A stretch of DNA of 63,997 nt, the filler included, from Stramenopiles sp. TOSAG23-3 (Eukaryota), in NCBI GenBank assembly GCA_900128585.1. It is 13 parts of 13 records of this genome, joined end to end, with 100 filler letters (N's around TTAATTAATTAA, not from the genome) between each part and the next. Parts side by side here need not be neighbours in the genome. Positions count along the whole stretch, not along the records: positions 9,895 to 14,738 come from LT643685.1; positions 14,839 to 19,675 come from LT643686.1; positions 19,776 to 24,610 come from LT643687.1; 10 more parts are not named here. One strand, 5' to 3'. The translations under genes and the position numbers were made by a program. How positions within the stretch are numbered: the first letter of the stretch is position 1; every line of letters begins with the position of its first letter. Below are positions 11,595 through 23,745 of the stretch, piece by piece. The notes beneath the pieces are model-generated. The model saw only the letters and a list, made by a program, of their open reading frames with translations. It searched no databases and was not told the origin of the DNA.

Positions 11595-12480
11595 CTTGTG
11601 ACGGAGTAGTTACAATTTGGTTGTTGCTGGCGGTTGTCATATTTACACTTTGAAGTTTAAATATGTTCGTGTTGTTTGAAGTCATACGCCTGACAAGAAA
11701 TTTTAAGTTATTTGGAAAAGATGACATTGGTATCTATGAATATAACTAACATACAAAAAAAAAAAATGAAAAAATTTTATTTTTATTTTATTATTTTCTT
11801 CTTTATAATACAGTATAATACTTCTCAGCGTTTATTTTTTCGATCGAAAAGTAGATAAATATTACATCATCACAACATTACAATACATTGAATAACGTTG
11901 AAATAAAGTAACATAACGGCAATATTCAAATAATTCCTTAAATTGTTAAATTCATCGTGAATGAAAAAAATTCATTGCTCTTTTTTTTCTTCTTCTTCTT
12001 TTTCTTTTTTTTTTCTCTTTTTTTTTTTTTCTTCTTTTTTTTCTTCTTTTTTTTCTTCTTTTTTTTCTTTATTAATAAATAATATGCACTGATAGCGTTG
12101 TTTGGCGAGAAATTAAGCCGTAGGAAGGTCACAAGGTCACTAATATAATAAATAATAATAAATAAAATATAATACAGTAGTGTTATTATTAGGTCAGATG
12201 TATTGGTCTCAAAAACTATTTTCCCCAGCAGTGCTGACCTTACTTGTTCATGTGAACGACTACAGCGCGTACATAATCGTAGATACACGGCCTTCTTTTG
12301 ATTATTAGATAAGAATAGCATCAGCATTTTATAATAATAATAATCGGCGGAGGATAAAAAAAAAACAGAGTTGAAGATGATATTTTTTCCTATCAATACA
12401 TATACAGTACAGTATAAAGTATATTATAAGTGACTATTGTTTCCTATGAAGCGTATTCATATATCTAGTATAAGTATGAT

Positions 12481-13440
12481 ATGATCTTAAATCTGCCCGT
12501 GCCTCGCCAATATTGTGACGTAGAGGTTATCGCCGCTGATTTGGATGCGCATTACAAGACCTGTCGTATGGCCAGAGAGGCACGCGCGAGTTTGAAAAAG
12601 AAGACCAGAAAAGTCACGAAAGTCCGAGTTAACGGTCCAACTCCCCCGTCGGAAACAATACAGGAGAAAATGGCCAGCAGCAATAGTAGTGGCCGTGTAT
12701 CGTGCGCCGTATGTGGTCGATTATTTTCCAGGGATCGCATAGGCACTCATCAACGGATTTGTCGGAGCAATGCTCGCCCTAATCGCCGAGGCGTCTTCGA
12801 TTCCACGAAACAAAGGTTGGAAGGAACAGATATGATGGACATGCAAGCATCCTACCCACGGCGTGGTGGCCGTGGTAAACGGGGCAAGGTGGTGCCGCCA
12901 CGACTAGGGCGCAGTAACTATGATAGGACGGTGGGTGGTAGCTCCAAATGGAAGCAAAAGTCGCAACAACTGCGTGAAACCATGCGATTGGCAAAACTGT
13001 ATAACAAAGTTGAAAAACGTGGTGGCGACGTATCGTCCTTGCCACCCCCTCTGGTCATGCCCGAGCCTACAAACTTTATTCAGTGTCCATTTTGTGGCCG
13101 GACGTTTAATCCACAATCAGGTGAGCGCCATATCAAAGCATGCGAACATACTGTCCACAAGCCAAACATGTTAAGGCGCAAATCAGGGCTATCGAATAAG
13201 CAGGCAGGAGGCCCGTACAGGCCCACCCTCGGAACAACATCTTTCGGAGCTGGGCGGAGCCCGATGCATGCACGAATACCGGCTCGGGCAAAAGGGGGGC
13301 ATTTCAATGGAAGGGGTGGCATGGAAAATGCGAGTGTCAAAGGTGGGGGGGCAGGAGGTATTGGTTTGACCAATGCAAGCAGTCTGAACAATCCATTGGT
13401 GTCATCCCCACACCAGTCGGCGGCACGTCGTTGGGCATAG
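12481..13440 (+). CDS. C2HC zinc-finger protein, ZC2HC1-like
   Basis: CAVCGRLFSRDRIGTHQRIC followed by RGVFDSTKQR, then KWKQKSQQLR and CPFCGRTFNPQSGERHIKAC. Confidence 0.85.
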   Translation: MILNLPVPRQYCDVEVIAADLDAHYKTCRMAREARASLKKKTRKVTKVRVNGPTPPSETIQEKMASSNSSGRVSCAVCGRLFSRDRIGTHQRICRSNARPNRRGVFDSTKQRLEGTDMMDMQASYPRRGGRGKRGKVVPPRLGRSNYDRTVGGSSKWKQKSQQLRETMRLAKLYNKVEKRGGDVSSLPPPLVMPEPTNFIQCPFCGRTFNPQSGERHIKACEHTVHKPNMLRRKSGLSNKQAGGPYRPTLGTTSFGAGRSPMHARIPARAKGGHFNGRGGMENASVKGGGAGGIGLTNASSLNNPLVSSPHQSAARRWA

Positions 13441-13724
13441 GGTGACGGCGTTGCTATTTCGTTTGCACTCTGCTGGAAACAACGAACGATTCTGACGCAA
13501 TTTACCAGTTCTACGTTTCACAACTTGTTGGGGTTTAATTCTGTCACGCTTACTATCACATCAAGTAGCACGAAAGCAGTAGACATTACGAATGGAATCA
13601 CCTCTTGGTTTTTTTCATATGTTTTTACCTCGAATCAAACAATGCAAAAGTATGAAATCTTTACTCTCACTTGCGCACGAGTTTGGAAATACTTAGTACG
13701 TTTTACTCTCCTATAGATATACTG

Positions 13725-14333
13725 CTATGCATTGGATGCAACGTTACGAAGCACCATGCCACGGTAACTCTCCAGCGTCGGAACGGAAAGCCCAGAGACT
13801 TTCGCGGCCTCGTCCCACGTTCGCATTTTCAAAATGACTTTGTGATCGGGGTTTGCTTCGAATGCCGTGCATTCATCGCGGGTAAAGGGGCCTCCCTGGT
13901 ACCCAAGTGTGGTTTTTGACGCCGGGGAAAGTTTGTCGTAGTACGCCGGGTTTGTCCCGGTCAAGTACCGCTTTGCGTTGACGTGCTCGGCCACTAGCTT
14001 TGCTACTCGAGGGGTAAGCCCAATTGAAGAGACGAACTCGCCACCTATGCCTTCGTGGTTCATTGCCCCGCACTCCCCCATCCACTCCGTCGTCTCTCGG
14101 TCCCGAAGCCCAAGCATGTGCCCACAGTCATGGAGGAGGGCGGCAAGGACAACCTCTTCCCTTGACAAGCTCCCCTCCTCTGATTTTGTCGCGTCCAGCG
14201 CGCACTTTGCTGCCTGCAACGAATGTTCCGCCTGAGACACCGGCTCGCCCACGTAATCGCTCGTCCCTTGCTCCATAAACAACGTTGAAATGTTCACCCA
14301 GGCCTTCTCACCCAACGAGTCACTGCTGGCCAT
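13725..14333 (-). CDS. PhnZ/TmpB-like HD-domain diiron phosphonate dioxygenase
   Basis: YVGEPVSQAEHSLQAA, AALLHDCGH, NHEGIG, HVNAKRYL, YYDKLSPASKTTLGYQGGP, MRTWDEAAK. The likely ATG is at 14333. Confidence 0.88.
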   Translation of the reverse strand: MASSDSLGEKAWVNISTLFMEQGTSDYVGEPVSQAEHSLQAAKCALDATKSEEGSLSREEVVLAALLHDCGHMLGLRDRETTEWMGECGAMNHEGIGGEFVSSIGLTPRVAKLVAEHVNAKRYLTGTNPAYYDKLSPASKTTLGYQGGPFTRDECTAFEANPDHKVILKMRTWDEAAKVSGLSVPTLESYRGMVLRNVASNA

Positions 14334-14838
14334 CGCCGTTGGCTGTATATTTAGTAAGGGTGCAAGTCTGTATGTACAAGACAACGCTAGAGTTAATCGT
14401 TCATGGAAAACGATGTTTCCAGTCGTCACGAAAAGAGACTGGAACAACTGTCTTGTTTTGTTTCTTTTCGACCATATGGTTATGGAGGGGATGATGTTGA
14501 TTTGTTTCGTTTTGATTTTGCGGTTCATTCATTCATTTTCGGATTATTCTTCTTCTTTTTTTTTTCTTTCTATAATATTATAATAATAATAAAAAAAAAA
14601 AAACGATTAACGATAGGTTTAACAATAGGGTTATTTACGAAAGTAATTAGATAGGGAATATGATGTGATTACTATACGAATATGCTGTACATGTAATTTA
14701 TAGATATGATGTTTAAGGACTTACTCATAAATTAATATNNNNNNNNNNNNNNNNNNNNNNNNNNNNNNNNNNNNNNNNNNNNTTAATTAATTAANNNNNN
14801 NNNNNNNNNNNNNNNNNNNNNNNNNNNNNNNNNNNNNN

Positions 14839-15125
14839 ACATGAAAGACGCTCAACGGAAATGGACAAATGTTCTGCAGGCCATCCCTGACAAAAGCAAA
14901 AAGAAAAAAGTTCACAAATGCTTCAAACTCTTGTACACAAGTGCAGTGCGAATAAAGGGTATCGAGTTGTTGCCGTGGGATGAAAATCCGATGAGGGAAC
15001 GCAAGAAACGACAGAGCATGTGGCGGATATGCACCGACAGGGCAACAGGGAACATATTCTACGTGAACGACACCACCAAGGAGAGGAGAAGTTCCATACC
15101 CATCGAACAGACCGTGACTGTCTAG
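14839..15125 (+). CDS. 3' fragment of a protein ending in a WW-like domain
   Basis: WRICTDRATGNIFYVNDTTKERRSSIP fits a WW pattern lacking the second Trp. The ORF begins at the contig edge. Confidence 0.55.
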
Positions 15126-16537
15126 GCCCATTTAACCCTGGCATGGTTTGCTTTTCACGGCCATTCTTGGACGTCCAGCACCACGTCCTCAAGGACCCGG
15201 GTGTTCCTTCGTCGGACGGTGGTGGGGCGCGCCAAAGCGAGGACCACGGCCTCGACGGCCAGCAGGGCGTAGAACGTGCTCGTCACCGACGGGTGAGTGG
15301 GACATCTTCGCGGCCGTCCACGGAGGGATGACATGTTCGAAAATGGCTCACGGAGGAATGACATGCTCGAAATCAAAGGGTAAAAAGAATAATGTCCAAG
15401 AAGTTCGGAACAAGCGGTTGAAAATTTGCCGGGCATATGGTCGAGAAGCCAGAGTTAAACATACTCAAATGTCCACTCCGTCAGCAGCGTCAACTTTTTC
15501 TCTTTTTTCTCTTTTTTTTTCGTCGATCAAGGAGCGTAGGTTTCAGAATGTTTTTCCGCGGTGGTAATGAAAAGGGGCAAGGTCCATAGTGTTGTTGCTT
15601 CGGTCGATTGATGATAGTGTTAAAAGTAGGGTTCGCGTACTCTTCAAGTCTACTTTATCGGACAGGATCCTATCCATCGCTGGTACATCGTGTACTTGTA
15701 TTCGTAGAGTTTTCGTAAACAATCATAATCACTTCGATCAAACATCGTGTACTTGTATTCGTAGAGTTTTCGACCGAGGCAGCCTTGTATTGCGTCAATT
15801 TGGTAGTGTTCTTATTGGGAATCCAAAATACAAGTACGGGGATGGTCGAGGAAACAATGGTGTGTTCCTGTATTCTCGTGTCGTTCCAGATTTCGAGGCT
15901 GTGTGGTATGTCGTGTTTGCAGCAGCAACACAGCATTGACAATTCCGACGAAGGTACTGTGGATGCTCCTTGTTCACAGTAGTATACGAGTAGTTAATTA
16001 AAAAATAGAATGTATTATATGATAAATCCATACGAGTACACATATTTCAACTTATTAAAGTATTTTAGATTGTATTCAAGAGTTATCCTCGTAAAGAAGA
16101 AGAAGAAGAAAGAAGAAAGAAGAAGAGATAAGACCATATTTATTTATTTTTGAAGAAGAATAAAATAATATTTAGAAAAGATCGATATTAAAAATATAAA
16201 AAAGTATATTATAGTGTGTAGTAATATTTACGTAATAATAATAATAATAATATAAAAATAAAAAATTGTTGTTGTTGTTGTTGTTGTTGTGTTGTTGTAT
16301 TATTATTATTACTTTTTTTTAGTACGTCGTCTATTTTTTTTATAATATAACAGATGGACGAATGAATGAATCCATATATATTTCCTTCAAACGAAAAAAA
16401 AAAACAAACAAAAACCGATTCGATGATGTAGTAGGAAAGATTAAAGATTTGAAAACGGAAATAAAGGCTCTTCGATTTTAAAAGTAACAAAATACATCGA
16501 ACGTGCGTTCCACGCACAGAAATACACGCCCAACGAC

Positions 16538-18044
16538 ATGCCTCCGGTCGCCGTCCCCAAAAGCACTTGCTTCATGTTGAGGGGCTCCCAGCTGGCGCTT
16601 GCTGTTGTATTGATCTCTCTGGCGCCAAATTTTCCAGCCGTGTCCGGCGCCGTCATAGGTAGTACCAATACGGTAAAAGAAGGGGTGTTCTACCAATGTC
16701 CAAAAATACAAAAGTATAACTGTACCTTTATTCCAGAAAAGCAGTGCGGTTACAAGGGTAAGTATAAAAGTGTGCCCGCGACCTCCAACTGCTGTTGGCA
16801 ACTTTCTAACCCTTCCGTTCTTCGTTACAGATGACAAATGTGTCGCTTTTAATTTAAAATGGGACAGTGATTTTCTATACTGCGCAATTGCTTATGCTAT
16901 ATTCATTCCATTCTTGGCGATGAAGAGTGCAGGATCGATTGGAGCCACCCATGGTCCAGCACAACCTGTGAACGGCACGCTGGAAGACAACAAAACGCGA
17001 AGTGAAAAACAACAAGTCCATGTAAAAAGATCGAATTCAACGCTGGTGAAAATATACAGGTGGCTTACTCTATCCTTCATCCTTCGGGTAATATGGGCCG
17101 TGGGAAAAGCGTCCGACTTCATGAGCGACGACGAGCGCGTGATACAAAGTGCCAGTAATGGGTGTGACTCTTGCCTCGCCTGTTCCCACGCCTTTATCAT
17201 GCGATTAGTCAATCGGTTCAGTGTGTTGTCGTTTTTCACTGCCTTCAGCATTGTGGCAATGTTTTGGCTGGACGTAGGGGCCCAGACCGAGGCAGCTTGG
17301 TTAAAAATGAAAGGTGGCAAGAGATCGCACGACAATCACGATGCGCGCGAAGAAGGCTGCTGCAAACCCCAGGTATTTATTTTGATCGTGAATTTTTGGG
17401 TTTACTTAATAGAACTTGTGGTGGAAGCGTTTTATTGGAAAGGTTCTTTTCCAGAGGAGACCTTCGATCACATCAAAGACTGGAACTACTTGGCTGTTTC
17501 CAGCTTTTATATTTTTTTGGGCTTTGTCCTAGTATACGCAGGGCTGAAGTTGCGGCGAATGCTGGCAGTCGTTCGTAAAAAAAGAAATGGGAACAAGAAG
17601 CGCAGTGGCGCGAACGAAAGGCAGGTTCAGTGCAAGATAGTCCTCGTCATGGCAATTACGTTTGTTTCCTTTTGCCTTCGGGGTTTTGTCTTTTTAGCTC
17701 GCCCATTACTGTGCATGGGAAATATTTGGGGATACCCGTACTTATGGTACCCAGTACCAGATTTGTTCCCCACCATGGTCTTCATTGTACTCACTTTGCC
17801 CCCTAGCTATTTTTCTAAATGCTGCACGAACGCTACAACCTCAGAACGATCGCATTCTACGAAAAGATCAACTTCACATGACGCGGAATTGCTGGCCAAA
17901 TTGGCGGATGGGTTTGAATGGGACGCCACACACATGTGGATGGGGGGATCCCCGAGACGTCCCCTGCTGCACGATGACAGCGCAGGATCGATGGCGCTAG
18001 GCGAAGTGGAGGATAGCGCTGAAGATGAGATTCTGTACCTATGA
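16538..18044 (+). CDS. Seven-TM membrane protein (THH1/TOM1/GPR137-like) with signal peptide; join(16538..16757,16831..18044)
   Basis: Two overlapping ORFs join in frame when a 73-nt intron is removed. Multiple TM segments, LSFILRV, RFSVLSFFTAFSIVAMFW, YPVPDLFP. Confidence 0.75.
16758..16830 (+). other. Spliceosomal GT-AG intron (73 nt)
   Basis: Donor GTAAGT, branch-like TTCTAAC, pyrimidine tract and acceptor TACAG. Splicing restores the frame (...CGYK-D-DKC...). Confidence 0.85.
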
Positions 18045-18202
18045 ATCGTGCTCTAATTAGAACTAAGGAACTTCTTATGATAGCATTAATCTTTTTACAT
18101 ATAGCTGTACAGCAATTACCTGTGTACTTCGTCCGCTTTTTGTCAAGTACTCATTGGTTGGCGCATAGATATATCTATGAGAAAGACGCAGACCGCAGCG
18201 TT

Positions 18203-18952
18203 TCAAGCTGTTTCCGCTTTGCTTCCTTTCTTCACTCGCTTCGGGGCGTAGCCAAAGTACCGAGCAATGGGCGGGGTCAGCATGGCGGTGGCTAAAGCCC
18301 TCGCTGGTTCCGTAACTTTTGTAGTTAACCAAGCGAGCAAAAAATTTCCTTGCGTAGGGGAGAGTTTTTCTGGATCGATATATTTTTCCAAGCCAAATTT
18401 ATGGAACACCTGCATGTACACGTTATCATGTTGAGTAGCAGTTTCTTGCGTGGCTGAGTCCAGCGCATCTCCTATTGCGCCAAGAGTTTCCTCGTCCATG
18501 GCCGTTTCCCCCAAAAATGTTTCAGGCCCCTGCACAAGCAGGCCACTTTCATAGAGGCCAAAGATTGTGAAGAGGGTGCTCACATATACACCACCATAAG
18601 TATACAACGCTATTCTTCCATACCTGTCCCACAACACCCGAAGTTTGCCTTTCTTTTCCTCACCCCCCTTTTCGTCTCCCTCTTCTATGGAGGCCGTCGG
18701 CGAGCGAAGATTCTCATCCTTCTCAGACGGGGTCAGGGTTGGCCGGCTACTGCAGTACGGCCGCTTTTCTTGGAAAATGGCGTATGGGAAGCCAGAAAAC
18801 CCAGAAATGTTATACGCCATTCCGCCGGTGCGCACGGAAGAGTACGTAGGAAAAGCAGAGAATACCCGCGTTTCGGACGCCAGGAAACTACGCAAAAGGG
18901 GAACGCCCCGTCGCTGGGGTATCGTCCTACCTAGGCGACACAGTGAATTCAT
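18203..18952 (-). CDS. FAM210/DUF1279 family protein, probably mitochondrial
   Basis: Arg/Ser-rich presequence-like N-terminus, KLRVLWDRYGRIALYTY, GNFLLAWLTTKVTEPARALATAMLTPPIAR. Confidence 0.85.
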   Translation of the reverse strand: MNSLCRLGRTIPQRRGVPLLRSFLASETRVFSAFPTYSSVRTGGMAYNISGFSGFPYAIFQEKRPYCSSRPTLTPSEKDENLRSPTASIEEGDEKGGEEKKGKLRVLWDRYGRIALYTYGGVYVSTLFTIFGLYESGLLVQGPETFLGETAMDEETLGAIGDALDSATQETATQHDNVYMQVFHKFGLEKYIDPEKLSPTQGNFLLAWLTTKVTEPARALATAMLTPPIARYFGYAPKRVKKGSKAETA

Positions 18953-19046
18953 AACCCCTATATATATATAATGAAATACTTTTCGAAACGGGGGTCTACA
19001 CTATTTCTTCCTGATAATTCCAGTGCCCTTTGTCTCACCAATTCAT

Positions 19047-19082
19047 GATCACTGAGAGGATCACTGAGAGGATCACTGAGAG
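19047..19082. repeat. Three perfect tandem copies of GATCACTGAGAG
   Basis: Directly visible, about 95-130 bp upstream of the FAM210-like ATG. Confidence 0.9.
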
Positions 19083-19775
19083 TGTGTTTTTATGAATTAT
19101 TAAACATTTCAGGGACTATTTTATGACACGCACAGTTCTTCTTCTTCTGTTGTTTGTTCTTCATTTTTTTCTTCTTCTTCTTCTTTTTTCTTCTTCTTCT
19201 TAGACTATTATACCAAAAGGTATATTTATATAATAATAATATGGCTGGAGCCCTGTGGTGTGATGATGATGATGATATTTGTTATTATATTGTTGAGATG
19301 AGATAAGATGATATTATAAGATGGAAGGGAGGATGATAATTATTATTATTATTATTTTTATTTCTTCTTCTTCTATCTCTTCTTCTCTCTCATCCTCCTC
19401 CTCAACTCCTCATCAATCAATCAAAAAAACATTTTCATCCATCCATTAATTCCCTGCTGTGCTCTGTTTTTTCGTATTAATTAATTATACGGACTTTAAA
19501 ATAATGTAAAGTAATAATAAATATGATGTTATAAAATGTGATAATTTATTTAATAATAGTAATAAATAATAATAATATAGTAGTAGTATTATACTTATAT
19601 ATAATTAAAGAAATAATAATGGTGACATACTTTTTTTTTAATTAATACCATTTGGAGATTCGTTTTTTGAACATTNNNNNNNNNNNNNNNNNNNNNNNNN
19701 NNNNNNNNNNNNNNNNNNNTTAATTAATTAANNNNNNNNNNNNNNNNNNNNNNNNNNNNNNNNNNNNNNNNNNNN

Positions 19776-19854
19776 AATGTATTATAAATAATTTTCCTTT
19801 TGTTTGACTGTTGTTTACTGTTTGGCCCAGCGTTTTTTAATTCAGTTTTTTTTT
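19776..19854. repeat. 79-bp exact inverted duplicate of 23399..23477 at the contig start (probable assembly artefact)
   Basis: Reverse-complement identity over exactly 79 nt. Confidence 0.9.
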
Positions 19855-20072
19855 CTGTATTCTTTTACACGGTACGGTAGTATTAAAAGTGTAATAAATA
19901 TTGTAATTCTTTATTTCTTTTTTTAGTAGTTGGTACGGTAGTAGGTTTTAAAATAAACCAAGCAAAAAGCTTCTTGTATGATGGGTAGGAGAGTTTTCAA
20001 AGTGTCATAATTATAGTTTCACAAGCTATTCTATACTTTCTTCTTCTTCATTCTCCATCTTTTCCCGTTTCG

Positions 20073-21107
20073 TTAAAGCTCATTCTCTGAATCGCTGGAG
20101 TCAAAAAGACCACCCTCTTTGCTTGGAAGAGCAGAATTTTCATCTTCTTCGCTTTCCTCAGGCAGCACAACAAATTCTACAAAACTCATCCCGTTTTGCC
20201 CGTGATGCAGTTTATGCTGAAGGCATAACATTCCCTTTTCATTCATTCTCACGTATGTCTGGTGGGAATCCCCTAATGCCCGTAGGGCGTGTTGCAGTAG
20301 GCTCAACTGGTATTTTGACCGTTTTGGGACCTCACAATTGAACGAACTGAAAGATTCCGAACCGTACGGGAATTCGATGTCGCATCGACCTGCATTCCCG
20401 ACAGCAGAGATTTGAAAGTACGGCGCAGAAGGGGATAGCGATAAGTAGACAGACGCTGCACCTGGCAAGTTGTATATCTCTGAAAAAGCTTCACGCAACG
20501 AATCCGACAATACAATCACTTCACCAACAGTGTTCGATTCCCTAAATGTCAAAAAAAAGTTAGTGTTTTCTTCGTCGTAGTCTAGCGTACTCATTGAACA
20601 TTCTGTCAATGCCCCTTCGCCGTGCTGGAGCACCAGGCGAAAAGTGCGCCTGCGATCATCGTAATCCATTCGAACGCTAGTAGAGTTCGATTGGGCAGCC
20701 CCGAAAATAGATAAACAATTCAAAAAATTGGCAACGTTTACTTTAAATTCAAGGGATGGTTCCCCTCCCCCTTCGTCGTCATTCGAGGGATTCATTTCTC
20801 CACCGACATCGTTCCCCACAAAGCCTTTGTTGTTAGATATGTACAAGTCAAAATGGGAGAAATTATTACTCAGCAAAGTGGCTTGCCCCTGCATATTTTT
20901 CCCCGTGTCGTATGTCGCAAACGTAATGGACTCCTCTAAAACTTTAACACACGCATGATGGTCCTTTTTCCCATTGTGTATTCCTGCAACAGTAGACATC
21001 ATAGACTTGGTGGCATCTAGTTGACACACGAATCCACTCGTTGACGACGATTCGGGTTGTCCGTCCACCGAGCTCTGCCCCACTAGACCGTCTCCTCCCA
21101 AATCCAT
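20073..21107 (-). CDS. RAD1: Checkpoint clamp (9-1-1) subunit Rad1
   Basis: MQGQATL...FSHF, FKVNVANFLNCLSIFG, LTECSMSTLD, LSPSAPYFQISAVGNAGRCDIEFP, YVRMNEKGMLCLQH, FVEFVVLP. The likely ATG is at 21107. Confidence 0.88.
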   Translation of the reverse strand: MDLGGDGLVGQSSVDGQPESSSTSGFVCQLDATKSMMSTVAGIHNGKKDHHACVKVLEESITFATYDTGKNMQGQATLLSNNFSHFDLYISNNKGFVGNDVGGEMNPSNDDEGGGEPSLEFKVNVANFLNCLSIFGAAQSNSTSVRMDYDDRRRTFRLVLQHGEGALTECSMSTLDYDEENTNFFLTFRESNTVGEVIVLSDSLREAFSEIYNLPGAASVYLSLSPSAPYFQISAVGNAGRCDIEFPYGSESFSSFNCEVPKRSKYQLSLLQHALRALGDSHQTYVRMNEKGMLCLQHKLHHGQNGMSFVEFVVLPEESEEDENSALPSKEGGLFDSSDSENEL

Positions 21108-22133
21108 TCGACCCACTTCGGTGATGCGAACGTTTGGCAAAAAGAGCAGATGAAACCCGTCTGCCGGTGTCCGTATTTGGAAGAAACGCAAGGCGGGGGT
21201 GAAGCAGATGATACCCACAACACAAGATTCTTGTCCTATATAATGACTATAATTTCAATATTGTTTCCTTCTCAGTGTTGATTGTTTTTAAAATTCAACA
21301 CCATTCACATATAATACTTTTTTCTTCTTTTACCAACAAGGTATATTCTATAATAATAATATTATTATTTATTATTATATATAATAATAATACTTCTTTT
21401 CTTTTTTTCATCTCCTATTATTATACTACTACTACATCACATTTTTTTCAAAAAAAAAAATAATATTATTATTATACATACACAGTACTGTATTATTATA
21501 TATTATAATACGAAAAAAAAAGAAGAAGAGAAGCAGCAGCAGCAAGAAAAAAAAAAGATGATATTTTAATATTAATACTGGTTACATTAATACCTCCTCG
21601 GTAATGATGACATTATATTATTATTTGTTGATGATGATGATAAATAAAAGAGAAGAAGATGAAGAAGAAGAGGAGGATAGGAGTGGTTAAAATAATAATG
21701 ATGATGCTATTTATATATTAATATTCTATTACAGTATAATACTGTAGTAAATATAATTAATAGTACTAATGAACAACGTCGAGCCGGGGGGGGGTGTTGT
21801 TGGTTGTTCTTCGAAGAAGAAGAAAAGAAGAAAGAAGAAGAAGGAGAGGAGAGGGAGAAGAAAGAAGATGATATTAATATTAATAATAGTTCTACTAATA
21901 GACTCTAAAATAAGTGGGAAAAAAATGACCCCCCCCCCAACGAACAACAAACAACAACGGAACAACAACAACAACAACAACGAACGACGAAAGTGGTCGT
22001 CTGATAAATGTATACGGACACAAAGTAACTGCGTTGATGTAAAAAAAAGGAAAAGTTTCTTTGTCACCAGGATTTCAACACTATAGTTTATATACATATC
22101 TATCTATCTATAACGACACCACCACTAGGATAG

Positions 22134-22844
22134 ATGGCGCAGGGGAGCTCAAAGGAGAAGTCCACGATAGTACGCTTGGATGAGTATGTCACTGGGTTAA
22201 TACAACAGCTGGAATTGGGTGTCTTTGAGACACTTGTCGTTCCCGGGGGCGCCTTGTTTGGGTGGGGAGGTACAGTTGGGGTGGTGTTTCCGCTTTTGTA
22301 TTACTTTCATGGGAAAAAAGGATTATATTTTTTCATGTGCAGCGCTGCCGTCGCCCAGGTTGTTTCTAGATTTTCAAAACAACTTATACGGCGTCAACGG
22401 CCAACCGTCCCGAACCCAACCCCAAGGAGGGTATGGAAGCGAGTATACCAGCACCTACTGGACGTTGTCCACGACCCGAACTGCAAAGACGGGGCATCGT
22501 TCCCCTCTGGGGACACGATGTCTGGTGGGGCGACGGCAGGAGTGTTGATGATTATTACAAAATCGTGGTGGCCGCTTTTCATCCCATTTTGGGTTGGCTT
22601 TGGGCGACAGTATTTCTTTTGCCATTGGTTTTTAGATGTTTTGTTTGGCGGTTTGAACGGACTGTTGTCATCGTACTTTGTCGATAGAATTCTCTTTGGC
22701 AAAGAGCTGGGGGGCTACAAAGCTATTCGGGACAAACACATACTCTTTATGATCCCTACATTTTTAGCATTGATGAAATCAAGCACTTACGTCACGGACA
22801 AAGTACGAGAAGCCTTTCTGAAAGAGCGTGAAGATAAAGAATAA
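22134..22844 (+). CDS. PAP2-family membrane phosphatase-like protein
   Basis: C1 KQLIRRQRP (Kx6RP), C2 SFPSGD (His replaced by Asp), C3 GRQYFFCHWFLD (Rx5Hx3D), plus several TM segments. Confidence 0.85.
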   Translation: MAQGSSKEKSTIVRLDEYVTGLIQQLELGVFETLVVPGGALFGWGGTVGVVFPLLYYFHGKKGLYFFMCSAAVAQVVSRFSKQLIRRQRPTVPNPTPRRVWKRVYQHLLDVVHDPNCKDGASFPSGDTMSGGATAGVLMIITKSWWPLFIPFWVGFGRQYFFCHWFLDVLFGGLNGLLSSYFVDRILFGKELGGYKAIRDKHILFMIPTFLALMKSSTYVTDKVREAFLKEREDKE

Positions 22845-23745
22845 CTATAGGCGGAGTTGTCTTTGGCCACTTGTTCATTCGTCATTCCTTCCCCGTTCAC
22901 ATTTCTTTTGTTTCTAATGCAAATGGCACTAGTTGATCATGATACGGAGAACCAAGTTAATATACATTTTAATTATAATACTCTTATTAAAAAAAAAAAA
23001 CACTTTGGATTCACAAATTTACGATTTCAATGCGCTCCGGTATTATCTGTGTATTAATTTAAAATAATAATATACAATAATATGTTGTGCATCATATAAT
23101 AGAATGAAATCTAAATCTGTAATAATATAGTAATATAATGTCATCATCAATAACCATCATCATTATCTCCTCTGAGATCTGAGATGAATTAATTACCTAC
23201 AAAAAAAGTAGAAGAAAGAAGAAGGAGAAGAAAGACTGAAGCAGAAGAAAAAAAGAAGATCAATAAATGTACTCAACGTTTTGTGTTAGTTGCAATGGTG
23301 GTGCCTGATTTAATTTTTAAACTTAAAATAAAAACTTATTTAATACAAATTACTGTAAAATAATATACAATAACATACAGCCAATTCTTCTTGTTTTTAA
23401 AAAAAAACTGAATTAAAAAACGCTGGGCCAAACAGTAAACAACAGTCAAACAAAAGGAAAATTATTTATAATACATTAATTCCGGATGTAATTTACATCA
23501 ACTTATGCTTCACCAATCTCTCCTTTGCTTGGCGCATTAAATAATAGTCCTATAGTAATTGCAATGATTGATGCCATATTTTATATTATAGACTAATAAC
23601 TGCACAGCACCACCAGAGTAAAATAAATGAAGAAGAGGAGAAGATAATTTTTAATATAATACTACTATACTATATAGACACTACTATACAATTAAAATAA
23701 AAAAAAATAATAAATAAATAATAAAGTTGTAAAGATACATTCTAA

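Noticed and set aside
11938-12396. Poly-Lys/Glu/Phe ORFs (also 35471-35761, 21729-22097, 26405-26682, 29797-30209, 50310-50567 and similar)
   Set aside because: These are translations of A-rich and (AAG)n microsatellite spacers with no protein-like complexity.
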